Position numbers and translations under genes: made by a program. A stretch of 64,000 bases of DNA, from positions 2,798-66,797 of the forward strand of contig JADHXC010000004.1 of the NCBI GenBank assembly GCA_016783135.1, given 5' to 3'. The notes beneath the pieces are model-generated. The model ran no database searches and was not told where the DNA came from. It was given only the letters and a program-made list of their open reading frames with translations. How positions within the stretch are numbered: the first letter of the stretch is position 1; every line of letters begins with the position of its first letter. Shown piece after piece: positions 62,065 through 64,000 of this stretch. Source of the DNA: Dehalococcoidales bacterium. Its GTDB lineage: Bacteria > Chloroflexota > Dehalococcoidia > Dehalococcoidales > Fen-1064.

Positions 62065-62598
62065 ATGGCTGGCGGACCCGAAAAGCGAAACGGAGGAGAT
62101 AGCGTGCTCACCGGCAGGGTCTTCAGGTTTGGTGATAATGTATCCACCGACCACATAATACCCGGCAGGTATACCTACCTGAGGAGCAATCTTCCCGAGC
62201 TGGCGAAGCACGTCATGGAGGATGCCGATGCCACCTTCGTCTCAAGGGTAAAGCCGGGTGATTTCATCGTGGGCGGGAATAACTTCGGCCTCGGTTCCAG
62301 TCGGGAGCATGCTCCCCTCGTCATCAAGATGGCCGGGGTCAGCGCAATACTGGCGAAATCGGTCGCCCGGATATTCTTCCGGAACGCGATAAACCTGGGA
62401 CTGCCGGTGCTGGTATGTGACACCGACGGCATCAAAGATGGCGACGAGCTGCGGGTTGACCTTGAAGCGGGAACGGTCACCAACCTGACCGGTGGCGGGC
62501 AGCTTGCTTTTGGCCGGATTCCCGGTGTGATGCTCCGTATCCTGGCGGAAGGCGGCCTGCTGCCCTATATCGGGAAGCACGGTAATTTCAATCTGTGA
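62065..62598 (+). CDS. leuD: Aconitase-superfamily dehydratase small subunit (LeuD-HacB type)
   Basis: GDNVSTDHIIP and NFG.GSSREHA are present. The true start may be the internal GTG near 62104. Confidence 0.88.
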   Translation: MAGGPEKRNGGDSVLTGRVFRFGDNVSTDHIIPGRYTYLRSNLPELAKHVMEDADATFVSRVKPGDFIVGGNNFGLGSSREHAPLVIKMAGVSAILAKSVARIFFRNAINLGLPVLVCDTDGIKDGDELRVDLEAGTVTNLTGGGQLAFGRIPGVMLRILAEGGLLPYIGKHGNFNL

Positions 62599-62637
62599 GC
62601 CACCTTCGCACCGACGGTGCGGGAAGGAGGCAGGATA

Positions 62638-63720
62638 ATGGCCTATGACATCACCTTGATTCCCGGCGACGGCGTCGGGCCTGAGGTTACGGTCGCGACG
62701 AGGCGGGTCATTGAGGCTACCGGGGCGGAATTCAACTGGGATGTTGTCACTGTGGGGGCTGCCGCACAGGAGACGCTGGGAACGCCCCTTCCTGAGGCCG
62801 TGCTTGAATCCGTCAGGAAAAACAGGGTTGCCCTCAAGGGGCCGGTGACCACGCCGGCAGGTTCCGGGTTCCGGAGTGTCAACGTGGCCCTGCGCAAGAA
62901 ACTGGATCTCTATGCCTGCCTGCGTCCCTGCAAAACCTACCCCGGGGTACCCTCGCCATTCCAGAACATAGACATCGTTATCGTCAGGGAGAACATAGAG
63001 GGCCTCTACAGCGGCATCGAGTTTGAGCGTGGTGCCCCAGAGACGGCGAGGTTGATAGAGTTTATCTCCGGGACGGTGGGTGAGAGTGTACTGCCGGACT
63101 CCGGGATAAGTATCAAGACGATTTCGGAAACGGGCAGCCGGAGAATCGTCAGGTTTGCCTTCGAGTATGCCCGGCAGCATAAACGCAAGAAGGTAACCGC
63201 GGTGCACAAGGCCAACATAATGAAGTTCTCCGACGGTCTCTTCCTGGCGGTTGCCCGGCAGGTGGCCGGGGAATACCCTGATATTGAGTTCGAGGACATG
63301 ATTGTGGACAATATGTCCATGCAGCTGGTGCAGAAGCCCCACCAGTTCGACGTCATCGTGGCCCCCAATCTGTACGGGGACATCCTGTCCGACCTCTGTG
63401 CCGGGTTGATTGGCGGACTCGGTCTGGCTCCCGGGGCCAACCTCAGCGATGACATGGCAGTGTTTGAGGCTACCCACGGCAGCGCCCCGAAATACGCCGG
63501 ATTGAACCGGGTCAACCCGATGGCGATGATGCTCTCCGGCGTGATGATGCTTCACCATCTGGGCGAAGGCGAGAAGGCTGACCGCCTGGAAGGGGCCATA
63601 GCCACCGTCATCGCGGAAGGCAAGAACGTTACCTACGACCTCAGGCCGGAAGCGCCGGAAATGGCTGTGGGCACCTCACAGGTGGCTGATGCCGTGATAG
63701 AGAAGCTCCGGGGTAGGTAA
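62638..63720 (+). CDS. Isocitrate/isopropylmalate/homoisocitrate dehydrogenase family protein
   Basis: ITLIPGDGVGPEV, VRENIEGLYSG and NLYGDILSDL motifs are present. The ATG at 62638 follows GGAAGGAGG. Confidence 0.9.
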   Translation: MAYDITLIPGDGVGPEVTVATRRVIEATGAEFNWDVVTVGAAAQETLGTPLPEAVLESVRKNRVALKGPVTTPAGSGFRSVNVALRKKLDLYACLRPCKTYPGVPSPFQNIDIVIVRENIEGLYSGIEFERGAPETARLIEFISGTVGESVLPDSGISIKTISETGSRRIVRFAFEYARQHKRKKVTAVHKANIMKFSDGLFLAVARQVAGEYPDIEFEDMIVDNMSMQLVQKPHQFDVIVAPNLYGDILSDLCAGLIGGLGLAPGANLSDDMAVFEATHGSAPKYAGLNRVNPMAMMLSGVMMLHHLGEGEKADRLEGAIATVIAEGKNVTYDLRPEAPEMAVGTSQVADAVIEKLRGR

Positions 63721-63829
63721 AGGCTCTTCATCGGAGCGCGGTTTATTCAGGCTATCGGTTTTTGATATATAATATGGTCTGGGTGCTCAGGGCGTAGTCT
63801 CGCAGCGAAGCAGGTACAGGGAGGAAGTA

Positions 63830-64000
63830 ATGGGCAAGATTTATATCATCGACGTAACTAACAGGGATGGTGTCCAGACGGCCAGGCTCGGCCTGTCCAA
63901 GCTGGAAAAGACCATAATCAACCTCTACCTCAACGAGATGGGTATTTTCCAGTCCGAGTTTGGATTCCCGACTACTCACCACGAATCACGCTACCTGCGG
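63830..64000 (+). CDS. HMGL-family 2-oxoacid/acetyl-CoA condensing enzyme, 5' partial (homocitrate / citramalate / 2-isopropylmalate / Re-citrate synthase type)
   Basis: My own translation gives MGKIYIIDVTNRDGVQTARLGLSKLEKTIINLYLNEMGIFQSEFGFP.., with the DxTxRDGxQ signature. The RBS is GGGAGGAAG. It is absent from the ORF track because it runs off the window. Confidence 0.8.
   Translation, partial: MGKIYIIDVTNRDGVQTARLGLSKLEKTIINLYLNEMGIFQSEFGFPTTHHESRYLR

Noticed and set aside
62242-63558. 438-aa minus-strand ORF
   Set aside because: It is antisense to the leuD-type and dehydrogenase genes, which carry clear family motifs. It has no recognisable domain and a His/Arg/Pro/Gly-rich composition.

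Overview
A 64-kb, roughly 58-60% GC, gene-dense chromosomal segment that by gene content looks like Chloroflexota (Dehalococcoidia-like); this assignment is an inference. I support about 70 CDS and found no rRNA, tRNA or CRISPR array. From left to right the window holds: an acyl-CoA dehydrogenase with EtfB and a ferredoxin-domain EtfA; a hotdog hydratase pair; a corrinoid protein with a URO-D-type methyltransferase; and an ~11.4-kb Mo/W-cofactor block (moaB, moaC, GH3-PA14 glucosidase, QueG-like Fe-S protein, crotonase, moaA, Tup-like ABC transporter behind a Moco-type riboswitch candidate). That block is bracketed by inverted ~97-bp repeats and a recombinase remnant. Next come rmuC and an 11-subunit nuoABCDHIJKLMN operon that lacks nuoEFG and has two small extra ORFs embedded in it (an SH3/PsaE-NdhS-like one and a DUF2007-like one). 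After that is a 1.1-kb non-coding tract with an IS3 orfA remnant, then cca, secDF, a CDF transporter and LysE. A NurA ... HerA neighbourhood follows, interleaved with three GNATs, a Nudix hydrolase, a stand-alone HAS-barrel protein and a Lys-rich micro-ORF, all running into rsmA. A low-GC coiled-coil/transglutaminase gene is wedged between rsmA and ispE. The remainder holds rubrerythrin, a second CCA-family enzyme, MATE, a pyrimidine dNTP cluster, an ECF sigma/anti-sigma pair, and a LeuCD-type dehydratase with an isocitrate-type dehydrogenase and an HMGL-family synthase that runs off the window. The most notable observations are the accessory ORFs in the EFG-less complex I operon, the HerA/NurA/GNAT cluster, the repeat-bracketed Mo/W block, a 1-nt frame break at the start of the ABC permease, a duplicated etfA 3' end flanking a low-GC cassette, and several dispersed hairpin-repeat families. 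All functional calls come from reading motifs in the supplied translations; no database search was run.
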